From an uncultured Microthrixaceae bacterium (lineage in GTDB: Bacteria > Actinomycetota > Acidimicrobiia > Acidimicrobiales > DATDAH01): a DNA stretch of 64,000 nt. The notes beneath the pieces are model-generated. The model had not been told where the DNA came from and made no database searches. It worked only from the letters and a program-made list of their open reading frames with translations. Every line of letters starts with the position of its first letter. The first letter of the stretch is position 1. Location of the stretch: positions 12,438 through 76,437 of the forward strand of contig CAZYPY010000004.1 in NCBI GenBank assembly GCA_964649545.1, read 5' to 3'. The position numbers were made by a program, and so were the translations under genes. Positions 26,909 through 38,111 of the stretch are shown here, piece by piece.

Positions 26909-27987
26909 CAGATCCTCGGCAACGGGTCCCCCACCAACACGTCCACGATGCGCGTGCCACCGAACGGTGTGGTCGACACCACGAGGCCGGCGGGGTCGCC
27001 GCGGATCTCTCCCACCAGGGCGGCATCGACCCCCAGGGGATGCGCCCGCACCGCGGCGAGGGCCGCGTCGGCCTCGTCCGGGGCGACCACGGCGACGAAC
27101 TTCCCCTCGTTGGCGACGTGCAGCGGGTCGATGCCGAGCAGGTCGCAGGCCGCGGCCACCGCCGGACGGACCGGCAGGCGGGCCTCCTCCAACTGGACCG
27201 CGAGGCCCGTGTCCGAGGCGAGCTCGTTGACGACGGTGGCCAAGCCGCCGCGGGTGGGGTCGCGCAGCCAGCGCGTCGCCGGCGCCGCCCTCAGGAGCTC
27301 GTCGACCAGGCCGGCGAGGGGCGCCGTGTCCGACACGATGTCGGCCTCGAGGGCCAGCTCGCCCCGGGCCAGCATCACCGCCATCCCGTGGTCGGCGAGC
27401 GTGCCCGACACGAGCAGGCGGTCGCCGGGCCGGACGTGCCGGGCGGCCAGGTCACGGCCTGCCGGGACGATCCCGACACCGGCGGTCGTGAGGACCAGGC
27501 CGTCGGCGGCACCGACGCCGACGACCTTGGTGTCCCCGGTCACGATCCGGACCCCGGCCGCCTCGGCCGCCGCGGCCAGGTCGTCGACCACCGTCCGCAG
27601 CTCGCCGACCGGCAGCCCCTCCTCCAGCACCACGCCGAGCGACAGCCACGCCGGACGGGCGCCCATCATGGCGAGGTCGTTGACCGTGCCGTGGACGGCG
27701 AGGTGGCCCACCGAGCCGCCGGGGAAGCGTCGGGGTCGCACCACGTGGCTGTCGGTGGTGAAGGCGATGCGTTCGCCCGACGGCAGGGGGAGCACCGCGG
27801 CGTCGGTGAGCGGTGGTCGATCGGCTCCGCCCAGCGCCTCGAGGAAGACCGCGTCCACCAGGGCGGCGGTGGCTGAGCCCCCGGCGCCGTGGGCCGACGT
27901 GACCACGTCGTCGTCGAAGCGGGGCCGGGTGCGCCGGAACGCCTCGATCCGGGCCAGCACCTCGGCCTCCCGGTCCTGGTCGGTCAC
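26905..27987 (-). CDS. hypE: Hydrogenase expression/formation protein HypE
   Basis: GTG 27987 within ORF 26905..28308. AIR-synthase-like fold motifs SAHGAGG, FTTDSHVV. Diagnostic C-terminus GDPLPRIC. Confidence 0.95.
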   Translation of the reverse strand: MTDQDREAEVLARIEAFRRTRPRFDDDVVTSAHGAGGSATAALVDAVFLEALGGADRPPLTDAAVLPLPSGERIAFTTDSHVVRPRRFPGGSVGHLAVHGTVNDLAMMGARPAWLSLGVVLEEGLPVGELRTVVDDLAAAAEAAGVRIVTGDTKVVGVGAADGLVLTTAGVGIVPAGRDLAARHVRPGDRLLVSGTLADHGMAVMLARGELALEADIVSDTAPLAGLVDELLRAAPATRWLRDPTRGGLATVVNELASDTGLAVQLEEARLPVRPAVAAACDLLGIDPLHVANEGKFVAVVAPDEADAALAAVRAHPLGVDAALVGEIRGDPAGLVVSTTPFGGTRIVDVLVGDPLPRIC

Positions 27988-28060
27988 GGGCCGAGTGTCC
28001 CATGTCGACCGGGCGCACGACAGGGGCGCAGGTCCCGACCGTCGACGTCGAGTCGGGTCC

Positions 28061-29101
28061 TCAGGTCGCCGAGACCGGGTCGTACGCCGACCCGGTCGTC
28101 CGGGCCTGGCGATCGAGCCAGTCGTCCACGACCGACCACTGCTCGTCGAGCCAGCGCGCCAGGCCCTCGTCGTCGGCCGGCAGGCCGCGTCGCCCGTGGC
28201 GGACCAGTCGCAGCCGCACGGGCCGGGTGAGCGGCACGTCGCGCCGGAGCGCGGCCAGCGAGGAGATCGGCTCCATCCCGTGATGCGCCAGCACGACGAC
28301 ATCGGCATCCGGCGCCGCTCGGAGCAGGGCGAGCGTGCCCGCGGCCCGAGGGGCCAGCAGGTGGCGCAGCGACCGCGCGACGGGCAGGCGGGGTGACCCC
28401 CGTTCGGCCAGCCGCCGGATGGCGCGCTCGCGCCGCGCCGGCGAGAACAGCCCGCCCTCGGGGAAGATCACGGCGGCATCGTCGGGGCCCATCCCGCGGG
28501 CCAGGGCCTCCAGGGCCGCGATCTCCGTCGACGGGTCCTCGCCGCCACGGTTCACGAAGTGGTTCGGCAGGCGGTGGCCGACGATGTCGAGGCACGGATC
28601 GAGCCGCAGCCCGCGGGCGAGCACGTAGCGGAGGCGCCGACCGCCCTCGACCCCGAGCACCAGGGCGGGCAGCAGCGAGTCCACGATGCTGACGTGGCGG
28701 CTCAGCACCACGACCGGGCCGGGCGCGTCGAGCGGCACCACCCCGGTGGGGGCACCAGGGTTCCCCGGGTCGACGGCGTCCACCACGAGGCGCAGCCCCA
28801 GCACGGGGCCCGCGGCGCGCACCAGGCTCGCGGTCCACCACTGCTGGAGCCGGTGGTTGCGGGCCCCCCATCGCTGCGGGTGCCACGGTCGGACCACCCA
28901 GAGGGTGGCCGCGGCCAGCACGCCCACCACCTCGAGGCTGAGGTAGGCGAGGGCGAAGGCGACGAGGCGAACGGTCGGCGACCCCGCCGACCGGCGCATC
29001 CGGTCGACGACGAAGGCGATGCCGACCGCCAGGGGCGCGGCCACGACGAGCAGCGCCCAGGCCAGGAAGAGCACCGGAACGGTGACCAGGCGGCGGGCCA
29101 T
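28061..29101 (-). CDS. Lysophospholipid / 1-acyl-sn-glycerol-3-phosphate acyltransferase family protein (PlsC-like)
   Basis: 346 aa. N-terminal TM helices, HX4D box SRHVSIVD, and FPEGG box. Confidence 0.8.
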   Translation of the reverse strand: MARRLVTVPVLFLAWALLVVAAPLAVGIAFVVDRMRRSAGSPTVRLVAFALAYLSLEVVGVLAAATLWVVRPWHPQRWGARNHRLQQWWTASLVRAAGPVLGLRLVVDAVDPGNPGAPTGVVPLDAPGPVVVLSRHVSIVDSLLPALVLGVEGGRRLRYVLARGLRLDPCLDIVGHRLPNHFVNRGGEDPSTEIAALEALARGMGPDDAAVIFPEGGLFSPARRERAIRRLAERGSPRLPVARSLRHLLAPRAAGTLALLRAAPDADVVVLAHHGMEPISSLAALRRDVPLTRPVRLRLVRHGRRGLPADDEGLARWLDEQWSVVDDWLDRQARTTGSAYDPVSAT

Positions 29102-29262
29102 GCCCGGAGTGTCGCGCCCACCTCGGCGGGTCCTCCGACGCAGCTCGACGAAAGTTCACCCGGGCGCAGCCGAACGTGCACGAAACCACGGGAGGTCGCG
29201 CCACCGCCGATCGGTACGATCGCCGGCGACGATGAACAACGACGTTCTGACGGAGCGATGAC

Positions 29263-29544
29263 ATGACCTTCCACCCCGACTGGGCCGACCAGTCCTTCGA
29301 CGCCTGGCTCGAGTCCGACCCCACCGAGGACGAGCTGCGCCACGCCTACCTGGCCCTTGAGGCCCACCGGGCCGACCTCTGGACGCCCGGCAGCCACGCG
29401 AGCTACCGCCGTGACCGCTACGACGTGGACGCCCGCGACGTGCGCCGGCTCGTGCAGGTCAAGGCCGCGCTCGCCCGCGAGTGGGTCCGCTCGGGCCAGT
29501 TGCCCGCCGCCGACCGCACCGATCTCACCGGGCAGCCCGCCTGA
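29263..29544 (+). CDS. Hypothetical small protein (93 aa)
   Basis: ATG start, strong GC3 bias, no competing supported gene. No recognisable motif. Confidence 0.55.
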   Translation: MTFHPDWADQSFDAWLESDPTEDELRHAYLALEAHRADLWTPGSHASYRRDRYDVDARDVRRLVQVKAALAREWVRSGQLPAADRTDLTGQPA

Positions 29545-29684
29545 ACCGGGGCGGCCGGTTCGCCCGGGCCAACCGCAGGGGTAGTGGCGGGCGGTGCCGA
29601 CCGGAACCGACCCCCCGTGACCCGCCTCGTCCCGCTCCCCATCCGGGGGTCCGCCGAGGATGCCCACCGTCGTCGGAGGGCGGC

Positions 29685-30368
29685 TCAGGTCAGGTCGGGC
29701 GGGCTGGCCAGGAAGCGGGCTTCCACGGTGGCGTGCAGGAGTTGGCGGGTGGGGGTGACGTCGAACGAGAACGTCTCCGGGGCGGCGGGGGCGCCGCGGA
29801 ACGCTTGCACCGCGGCCGGCATCGGTGGCGCCATCGGCGAGGCTGCGGCCTCGCTCAACAGCGCGGCGTCGGCCAACTCGACCAGCCCGACGAGCTGGGC
29901 GCCGAGCGCCTCGGCGTACTCGCGCGCACGGCGCACCGCGTCGTGCACGGCGGCGACCCGGACCGCCCGGTGTGCGGGACTGTCGGGGCGCAGCGACCAC
30001 CAGGGCCCGACGACCGAGGCCAGCTCGACGGTCGAGAGCTGCACGAGCAGGTCACCGAGCGGCACGAAGTCGGACAGGACGACGGTGCGCCGCACGGTGC
30101 CCTCGTAGCCGGCCACGCGCTCGCGCGGCTTGTTGGTGGCGAACTGGGGGCTCAGGCGGACCGCCTCGGTGTCGATGCGCTCGACGGCCGCCTCGTGCGC
30201 ACCCAACACCGCGTCGACCGCTCTGGCCCGCTCGTCGAGGTCCCGCAGCACGCGGTCCCGGTCCCGGTCCCGCGCCGTCACCGTCACCGTCAGCTGCGCG
30301 AGCTCGGGGTCGACCTCTGCGGTCGCCTCCCCCCGCACGGTCACGAGTGGTCCGGTGCCGTCGGCCAT
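29685..30368 (-). CDS. SIMPL (DUF541) domain protein
   Basis: 227 aa. Pattern VTVRGEATAEVDPELAQLTVTVTARD ... GYEGTVRRTVVL ... F.V.P..... typical of the SIMPL family (from memory). Confidence 0.7.
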   Translation of the reverse strand: MADGTGPLVTVRGEATAEVDPELAQLTVTVTARDRDRDRVLRDLDERARAVDAVLGAHEAAVERIDTEAVRLSPQFATNKPRERVAGYEGTVRRTVVLSDFVPLGDLLVQLSTVELASVVGPWWSLRPDSPAHRAVRVAAVHDAVRRAREYAEALGAQLVGLVELADAALLSEAAASPMAPPMPAAVQAFRGAPAAPETFSFDVTPTRQLLHATVEARFLASPPDLT

Positions 30369-30472
30369 GGAGGCGGACCCTAACGGCTCCGTGGAACGGG
30401 GATAGCCCTCGTGAGCGAGGGGTAGAGACGTCCGAGCCGGGCCGAGGGCGCCCCGGAAGGAGCAGGACGACG

Positions 30473-31654
30473 ATGCCGGACACCGACGCGAGCGAGGGCG
30501 GCGCCGACGCGCGCCGGTTCCGCCGCCACCTGGAGGGGGTGCTCGGCACGCCCGCCACCGAGGGGAACCAGGTGGATGTGCTGCGCAACGGCGACGAGAT
30601 CTTCCCCGCCATGTTCGAGGCGATCGACGAGGCCGAGCGCACCATCGACTTCCTCACGTTCGTCTACTGGGAGGGGGAGGTCGGCGAACGGCTGGCGGCC
30701 CGGCTGTGCGAGCGAGCCGAGGCAGGAGTGCGGGTGCGGGTCCTGCTCGACGCCCTCGGGGCGCGGACGATGGACCGCCGCCTCGTCCGGGACATGGAGG
30801 ACGCCAGGGTCGACCTCCGGTGGTTCCGGCCACTGCGCCGGCTCCGACCGTTCGAGGTGAACCACCGGACCCACCGCAAGGTGCTGGTGGTCGACGAGGC
30901 CGTCGCCTTCACCGGCGGCGTCGGGATCGCCGACGTCTGGCGAGGGGACGCCCGCGATCCGGACGAGTGGCGCGACACCCACTTCCGCGTCCGCGGGCCG
31001 GCCGTCGACGGGCTGCGGGCCGCGTTCCTCGACAACTGGGGTGAGACCACGCCCCACCTCTTCGACGACGCCGACACCTTCCCCGAGCAGCCTCAGCCGG
31101 GATCGTCGGTGATCCAGTGCGTGCGCGGCGCGGCCGAGACGGGCTGGAGCGACATCGATGCGCTGTTCCGCACCCTGCTGCAGCTCGCGAGCGAGCGGGT
31201 GCGCATCACCACCGCCTACTTCGTCCCCGATGCGCAGATGCGGCGCAGCCTGTGCGAGGCGAGTGCCCGTGGGGTCGAGGTCGAGATCCTCCTGCCCGGC
31301 CCCCACATCGACAAGCAGTTCGTGCAACTCGCCGGCCAGGGCGCGTACGACGACCTCGTCGACGCCGGCGTGGCGATCTGGCACTACCAACCCACGATGC
31401 TGCACGCGAAGGTGATGACGATCGACGCCATGGTGGCCACCATCGGTTCGGCCAACTTCAACGCGCGCTCCATGGCCCGGGACGAGGAGGTGAACCTCGT
31501 CGTGCTCGATCCCGATCTCGCCGCGACGCTCGACGGTCACTTCGACGAGGACCTCGAGCGCAGCGTGCGCATCGAGGCCGGCCGCTGGCGGTCGCGCCCG
31601 TTGCACCGGCGCGCGCTCGAGCTGGCGCTCGCCCCGTTGCGACCGCAGTCCTGA
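30473..31654 (+). CDS. Phospholipase D / cardiolipin synthase family protein (two HKD motifs)
   Basis: ATG 30473 within ORF 29825..31654, GGAAGGAG SD upstream. HKD motifs HRKVLVVDEAVAFTGGVGIAD and HAKVMTIDAMVATIGSANFNARS. Confidence 0.9.
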   Translation: MPDTDASEGGADARRFRRHLEGVLGTPATEGNQVDVLRNGDEIFPAMFEAIDEAERTIDFLTFVYWEGEVGERLAARLCERAEAGVRVRVLLDALGARTMDRRLVRDMEDARVDLRWFRPLRRLRPFEVNHRTHRKVLVVDEAVAFTGGVGIADVWRGDARDPDEWRDTHFRVRGPAVDGLRAAFLDNWGETTPHLFDDADTFPEQPQPGSSVIQCVRGAAETGWSDIDALFRTLLQLASERVRITTAYFVPDAQMRRSLCEASARGVEVEILLPGPHIDKQFVQLAGQGAYDDLVDAGVAIWHYQPTMLHAKVMTIDAMVATIGSANFNARSMARDEEVNLVVLDPDLAATLDGHFDEDLERSVRIEAGRWRSRPLHRRALELALAPLRPQS

Positions 31655-31723
31655 CGACACCCGGTCCCCGAGACCCTCGGGAGCCTTCGAGCACCGGTGC
31701 CGAGCGGCGGCGTGCGACGACGC

Positions 31724-33763
31724 TCAATCGACGGCGAGGGCGGCCCGCAGGGCGGTCTCCGTGGCGCCCTCGAGGAGCGCCAGCGCCGACGCATCGCCGA
31801 TGGTGAGGACCCGGCGGCCGTTCGCCGCCAGGGCGTCCGCCAGCGGATCGACCCGCGTCGACGGATCGATGCCGACGATCGTGTCGGCCCGCAACGACCG
31901 CATGCCGTGGGCGTCGCGCACCAGGACGGCGCCCTCGTCCACCTGCTCGACGACCGTCTCCGCGAGCAGGACGACGCCGGCGGCCTCGAGGTCGGCGACC
32001 CAGCGGGCCCGGCCGGGGAGGCCGAGGGTGGCCGCGAACCACCGCCGGCCCCCCACGACCGTCACGTGTCGGCCCCGACGAGCGCAGAGCCCGGCGACCG
32101 AGAGGGCGGCCTTGCCGTCGCCCAGGATGACGACCTCCTCGCCGACGAGGCCGTCGGGGGCGACGCCATGGCGGTGCTCGTCGTGGAACCACGGTCGCAG
32201 GTCGGCGAGCGAGGCGAGGGTCCCGTCCCCTGCCACCGCCGGGACACCCCAGTCGCCGCCGGTCGCGACGACCACGTCGTGGACGTCGGCGGGCACGTCG
32301 TCGACGGTCACCCGGGCGCCGAGCTCGATGGTCACCCCCGCCTGCTCGACGCCGTGGCGCAGCCACCCGAGGTAGGGATCGAGCAGCGGATCGGCGACCG
32401 CCGCGTCCACCAGCACCCCGCCGAGACGGGTCGCGGCCTCGCGGAGGACCACCTCGTGGCCCCGCTCGGCGAGCAGCCGCGCCGCTTCGAGGCCGGCGGG
32501 GCCGCCACCGACCACGAGCACCTTGCGGGCCGTGGTCGCCCGACCCAACCGCAGGTCGTGCTCGCGGCCGGTCCTGGGGTTCACCACGCAGCGGGCCGGC
32601 CGGCGCAGCGCGATGTTCCCGATGCACCGGTACTGGTAGATGCACGGGCGCACGTCGTCGACCCGCCCGTCGGCCAGCTTGGCCGGCAGGTCGGGGTCGG
32701 CGAGCAGCTTGCGGCCGAAGGCCACGAAGTCCGCCTTGCCGTCGGCCAGCACCTGCTCGGCCTCGTCGGGCTCGTACCGCCCGAAGGTGATGACCGGCAC
32801 GTCGACGCGTCCCCGGACCTCGCCCGCCTGCGCCCCGAGGGCGCCGACGACGTGGGGGGCGTAGGAGTCGGTCGGGCTGACGGCCACGTCGGTGTTGCCG
32901 TAGGCGGTCAGGTGCACGGCGTCGATGCCCGCCGCCACCGCGAGGTCGATGACCCGGCACTGGTCCTCGAACGCCTCCCCGACCTCGTGGTGGTGCTCGA
33001 CGGCGTTGATCCGCATCCAGACGGGGAAGTCGGTACCGGCTCGGGCCCGGATGGCGCGGATCACCTCGACGAGCAGCCGGGCCCGGTTCTCGACCGGCCC
33101 GCCCCACCGGTCCGTCCGGGGGTTCCGCGGCGACAGCAGCTCGTCGATGAAGTAGCCGTGGCCGGCGTGGACCTCGACCCCGTCGTAGCCGGCCCGGCGG
33201 CACCGCTCGGCCGCCTCCGCGTACCGGTCGACGAGCCAGGCGAAGTCGTCCTCCTCGGCCACCGCGAAGGCCAGGTCGGCGGTCGGGGCGAGGAACGGCG
33301 CCGCCGAGTCGGCCAGCTCCTCGTCGGTCATCATCATCGAGAGTCGGTCGGGGCGCGGCCTCGGCATCGGGTACGGCACCAGACGCCGGCGGCCGGCCTC
33401 CATGTCGACGAAGGCGTAGACGCCCATGAAGTTGAGCTGCGCGGCCAGCTTGGCCCCGTGGCGGTGGACCCGGGCGGCCAGCTCGGTCATCCCGGGGAGG
33501 TAGCGGTTGTCCGACACGGCCGGCATGCGCACGTGGTTGGCGCCCCGGGGGTAGGCCACGCACGCGGTCCCCACGATCAGCAGGCCGGCGCCGCCGCGGG
33601 CACGAGCCTCGTAGAAGGCGGCCTCGTTCTCGCTGACGGTCCCGTCCTCGTTGCCGAACAGCACCCCCATCGGACACAGCGCGATGCGGTTGCGGAGCTC
33701 GAGCGAGCCGATCCGTCCCGGGGACAGCAGTCGGCCGAACCTCGCCGCACCCGTGTCTTGCAT
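31724..33763 (-). CDS. NADH:flavin oxidoreductase (OYE family) fused to an FAD/NAD(P)-binding domain, 2,4-dienoyl-CoA reductase-like
   Basis: ATG 33763 (MQDTGAARFGRLL) within ORF 31724..33994. OYE TIM-barrel motifs (HGAKLAAQL, HAGHGYFIDELLSP), a Cys cluster RPCIYQYRCIGN...ARCVVNP, and a dinucleotide fold VLVVGGGPAGLEAA. Confidence 0.9.
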   Translation of the reverse strand: MQDTGAARFGRLLSPGRIGSLELRNRIALCPMGVLFGNEDGTVSENEAAFYEARARGGAGLLIVGTACVAYPRGANHVRMPAVSDNRYLPGMTELAARVHRHGAKLAAQLNFMGVYAFVDMEAGRRRLVPYPMPRPRPDRLSMMMTDEELADSAAPFLAPTADLAFAVAEEDDFAWLVDRYAEAAERCRRAGYDGVEVHAGHGYFIDELLSPRNPRTDRWGGPVENRARLLVEVIRAIRARAGTDFPVWMRINAVEHHHEVGEAFEDQCRVIDLAVAAGIDAVHLTAYGNTDVAVSPTDSYAPHVVGALGAQAGEVRGRVDVPVITFGRYEPDEAEQVLADGKADFVAFGRKLLADPDLPAKLADGRVDDVRPCIYQYRCIGNIALRRPARCVVNPRTGREHDLRLGRATTARKVLVVGGGPAGLEAARLLAERGHEVVLREAATRLGGVLVDAAVADPLLDPYLGWLRHGVEQAGVTIELGARVTVDDVPADVHDVVVATGGDWGVPAVAGDGTLASLADLRPWFHDEHRHGVAPDGLVGEEVVILGDGKAALSVAGLCARRGRHVTVVGGRRWFAATLGLPGRARWVADLEAAGVVLLAETVVEQVDEGAVLVRDAHGMRSLRADTIVGIDPSTRVDPLADALAANGRRVLTIGDASALALLEGATETALRAALAVD

Positions 33764-33887
33764 CCCGTGCCTCCCTGCCGATCCCCCAGCGTGCCCGGGT
33801 TCCCCGGCGTGTCCAGGTTCTAGCCGTTCGCGGTGCTGGGTAGCGGTGCCCTCGTCGACCCTGGGGGAGGGCGGTCTGGTGCAGCGC

Positions 33888-35171
33888 ATGACGCGGGTGC
33901 TCGTGGCGGTGGCCCTCGCCGCGGCGCTCCTCGCCTCCTGTGGCGGCGACGACGGGGGGGCACCCACCCTCGTCTGGTACACGAACCCGGACAACGGCGG
34001 TCAGCGGACGCTCGCCCGGGAGTGCACCGACGCCTCCGAAGGCGCCTACCGGATCGAGACCCAGATCCTCCCGAACGAGGCCGACGCCCAGCGAGAGCAG
34101 CTCGTCCGTCGCCTCGCCGCGCAGGACTCGTCGGTGGACCTGATGAGCCTCGACCCGCCGTTCGTCGCCGAGTTCGCGAACGCCGGTTACCTCCTGCCCG
34201 TCACCGACCAGGCCGTCGTCGACCAGCTGACCGAGGGCGTCCTGGACGGGCCGATGGAGACCGCCTTCTGGGACGACGAGCTCGTGGCGACGCCGTTCTG
34301 GGCCAACACCCAGCTCCTGTGGTTCCGACGCTCCGTCGCCGAGGAGGCGGGCCTCGACCCCACCGTCGACGGCGGCGTCACCTGGGGCGAGCTGATCGAC
34401 GCGGCCGAGGCCACGGGCACGCGCATCGGGGTCCAGGCCCGCCGCTACGAGGGCTACATGGTCTGGATCAACGCACTCGTCTCGTCGGCCGGCGGCACCA
34501 TCGTCGAGGACGCCGACCAGGGCGCCGACGCCACGCCGTCGCTGGCCTCGCCCGCCGGGGACGCCGCGGCCGACGTCGTGGACCGGCTCGCGCACTCTCC
34601 CGCGGCACCCGCCGACCTCACGACCGCCGGCGAGGAGGAGGCCCGCTCCCTGTTCCAGGGTCCCGATGGCGGCTTCATGGTGAACTGGCCGTACGTCTAC
34701 GCCGCGGCCACGGGCGAGGTCGACGGTGGTGCCCTGGACCAGTCCGTCGTCGACGACATCGGCTGGGCGCGCTACCCCCGCACCGAGGCCGACCGGGCGA
34801 GCGCGCCGCCGCTCGGCGGCATCAACCTCGCCATCGGCAACTTCACCGACCACCCCGACGAGGCCGTGGAGGCCGTCGAGTGCATCACGTCGGTCGAGAA
34901 CAACGCGCAGTACATGGTCGAGTCGGGCAACCCCGCCGCCCGGGCCGCCGCCTACGACGACCCCGAGGTGCGCGCGGCGTTCCCGATGGCCGACCTGATC
35001 CGGGAGTCGATCGACGAGGCCGCGCCCCGGCCGATCACGCCGTACTACAACGACGTCTCGGCGTCGGTGCAGCGCACTTGGCACCCGGCCCGCTCGGTCT
35101 CGGCGCCCGAGACACCGGAGGAGACCGACGCCTACCTCTCCGAGGTCCTCGACGGGGACCGGTTGCTGTGA
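33888..35171 (+). CDS. ABC sugar transporter substrate-binding lipoprotein
   Basis: ATG 33888 (or in-frame GTG 33879) within ORF 33651..35171. Lipobox LLASCGG. Family-1 SBP-like sequence. Confidence 0.85.
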   Translation: MTRVLVAVALAAALLASCGGDDGGAPTLVWYTNPDNGGQRTLARECTDASEGAYRIETQILPNEADAQREQLVRRLAAQDSSVDLMSLDPPFVAEFANAGYLLPVTDQAVVDQLTEGVLDGPMETAFWDDELVATPFWANTQLLWFRRSVAEEAGLDPTVDGGVTWGELIDAAEATGTRIGVQARRYEGYMVWINALVSSAGGTIVEDADQGADATPSLASPAGDAAADVVDRLAHSPAAPADLTTAGEEEARSLFQGPDGGFMVNWPYVYAAATGEVDGGALDQSVVDDIGWARYPRTEADRASAPPLGGINLAIGNFTDHPDEAVEAVECITSVENNAQYMVESGNPAARAAAYDDPEVRAAFPMADLIRESIDEAAPRPITPYYNDVSASVQRTWHPARSVSAPETPEETDAYLSEVLDGDRLL

Positions 35172-36103
35172 GCGAGCTCGCTGCCGCCCCGGCCATCAGC
35201 GGCGCCGCGCGCCGGCACTCGTCGGACCGGCTCCGCCACGAGCGACGCCTCGGCCTGCGCCTGGCGGCGCCGGCGTTCCTGGTCATGATCTTCGTGACCG
35301 CCTACCCACTCGTCTACGCGGTCGCCCTCTCGCTCTACCGGTACCGCCTGACCGACCCCGAGGGACGGGAGTTCGTCGGGCTGAAGAACTACCTGACCGT
35401 CCTGACCGATCCGGTCTGGTGGGGCGCGGTGTCGACCACCCTGGTCATCACGGTGGTCAGCGTGGCGGTCGAGCTCGTGCTCGGGTTCGCCTTCGCCTGG
35501 GTGATGTTCCGCATCCTCCGGGGCCGCTCGCTCGTACGCACGGCGATCCTCGTGCCCTACGGGATCGTGACCGTCGTCTCGGCCTTCGTCTGGCGGTACG
35601 CCTTCCAGCTCGACTCCGGCTTCGTGAACCAGTGGTTCGGCCTCGGCGACTTCAACTGGTTCGGGGAGCGGTGGTCGTCCCTGTTCGTGATCGTGCTGTC
35701 CGAGATCTGGAAGACCACGCCGTTCATCTCGCTGCTGCTCCTGGCCGGCCTGGTCCAGGTCCCCGAGGAGATGCTCGAGGCCGCCCGGGTGGACGGCGCC
35801 ACCGCCTGGCAGCGCCTGTGGCGGGTCGTCCTGCCCAACATGAAGGCGGCGATCATGGTCGCGGTCCTGTTCCGGACCCTCGACGCGTGGCGGATCTTCG
35901 ACAACCCGTTCGTCATGACCGGCGGGGCCAACGGCACCGAGACCCTGTCGTTCCTGGCCTACCGCCAGAACGTGAGCCTCGTGAACCTCGGCGCCGGCTC
36001 CGCGGTGTCGGTGCTGCTCTTCCTCACCGTGGTGGTGATCGCCTTCGTCTTCATCAAGGTGTTCCGCACGGACCTCAGCCAGGTGCGGGGGGACGCCGGA
36101 TGA
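35168..36103 (+). CDS. ABC sugar transporter permease (MalF/UgpA-like)
   Basis: GTG 35168 overlaps the SBP stop (GTGA), in frame of ORF 33833..36103. Multiple TM helices and an EAA-like loop EMLEAARVDGATAWQRLWRVVLP. Confidence 0.9.
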   Translation: MSELAAAPAISGAARRHSSDRLRHERRLGLRLAAPAFLVMIFVTAYPLVYAVALSLYRYRLTDPEGREFVGLKNYLTVLTDPVWWGAVSTTLVITVVSVAVELVLGFAFAWVMFRILRGRSLVRTAILVPYGIVTVVSAFVWRYAFQLDSGFVNQWFGLGDFNWFGERWSSLFVIVLSEIWKTTPFISLLLLAGLVQVPEEMLEAARVDGATAWQRLWRVVLPNMKAAIMVAVLFRTLDAWRIFDNPFVMTGGANGTETLSFLAYRQNVSLVNLGAGSAVSVLLFLTVVVIAFVFIKVFRTDLSQVRGDAG

Positions 36104-36930
36104 CGTCGACCACGAGCCGCTGGTGGACCGTGTGGGGCCTGGTGATCCTCGCCTGGGCGCTGTTCCCCCTCGCCTGGATGACCTCCCTGGCGTTCACGAG
36201 CCCGACGGCGTTCCGCTCGGGCACCCCGACCTTCCTGCCGGAGGAGTGGACCTGGGAGAACTTCCGCAGCGTCTTCGACGACGAGCTGTTCACCTCGGCG
36301 CTGCGCAACTCGTTCGGCATCGCCATCATCGCCACCGTGCTCGCGGTGGTCGTGGCCATGTTCGCCGCCTACGCCATCGCCCGCCTGGAGTTCCCCGGCA
36401 AGAAGCTCCTGCTGTCGATGGCCCTCGCCATCGCGATGTTCCCCCAGGCCGCGCTCGTCGGGCCGCTGTTCGACATGTGGCGCGGCCTCGGCATCTACGA
36501 CACCTGGCTCGGCCTGATCATCCCCTACCTGACGTTCGCCCTCCCCCTGTCGATCTGGACCATGTCGGCGTTCTTCCGCCAGATCCCGTGGGAGATGGAG
36601 CAGGCCGCCCAGGTCGACGGGGCCACGCCGTGGCAGGCCTTCCGCCGGGTCATCGTGCCGCTGGCCGCCCCCGGTGTGTTCACCACCGCCATCCTCACCT
36701 TCTTCTTCTGCTGGAACGAGTTCCTCTTCGCCATCTCCCTCACCTCGACCGACCGGGCCCGCACGGTGCCCGCCGCGCTGTCGTTCTTCACGGGCCAGTC
36801 CCAGTTCCAGTCGCCCGTGACCGCGGTCATGGCCGCGTCGGTCGTGGTCACCATCCCCATCGTGATCCTCGTGCTGGTCTTCCAGCGGCGCATCGTCGCC
36901 GGGCTGACCTCCGGGGCCGTGAAGGGCTGA
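36100..36930 (+). CDS. ABC sugar transporter permease (MalG/UgpE-like)
   Basis: ATG 36100 overlaps the upstream stop (ATGA). EAA loop EMEQAAQVDGATPWQAFRRVIVP. Confidence 0.9.
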   Translation: MTSTTSRWWTVWGLVILAWALFPLAWMTSLAFTSPTAFRSGTPTFLPEEWTWENFRSVFDDELFTSALRNSFGIAIIATVLAVVVAMFAAYAIARLEFPGKKLLLSMALAIAMFPQAALVGPLFDMWRGLGIYDTWLGLIIPYLTFALPLSIWTMSAFFRQIPWEMEQAAQVDGATPWQAFRRVIVPLAAPGVFTTAILTFFFCWNEFLFAISLTSTDRARTVPAALSFFTGQSQFQSPVTAVMAASVVVTIPIVILVLVFQRRIVAGLTSGAVKG

Positions 36931-36944
36931 CCCCAGGAGCACCC

Positions 36945-38103
<1,159 letters not shown>

Positions 38104-38111
<8 letters not shown>

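Noticed and set aside
22106-27987. Possibility that the hyp region hides hydrogenase structural genes in other frames
   Set aside because: All six frames were inspected through the ORF track. Alternative ORFs, for example 24581..26632 on the plus strand, are Arg/Gly-rich antisense shadows without RxCGxC or DPCxxC motifs.
29545-29684. 140-nt convergent spacer examined for a tRNA, small RNA or riboswitch
   Set aside because: Only short GC hairpins are present (e.g. aaccgg...ccggtt). There is no cloverleaf-compatible structure or recognisable conserved motif.
31458-35084. 1208-aa minus-strand ORF, and the 708-aa plus-strand ORF 31697..33823
   Set aside because: Both are Arg/Pro/Gly-rich with no motifs. 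The real genes in this interval are the OYE/FadH-like reductase (minus strand, different frame) and the sugar-binding lipoprotein (plus strand).
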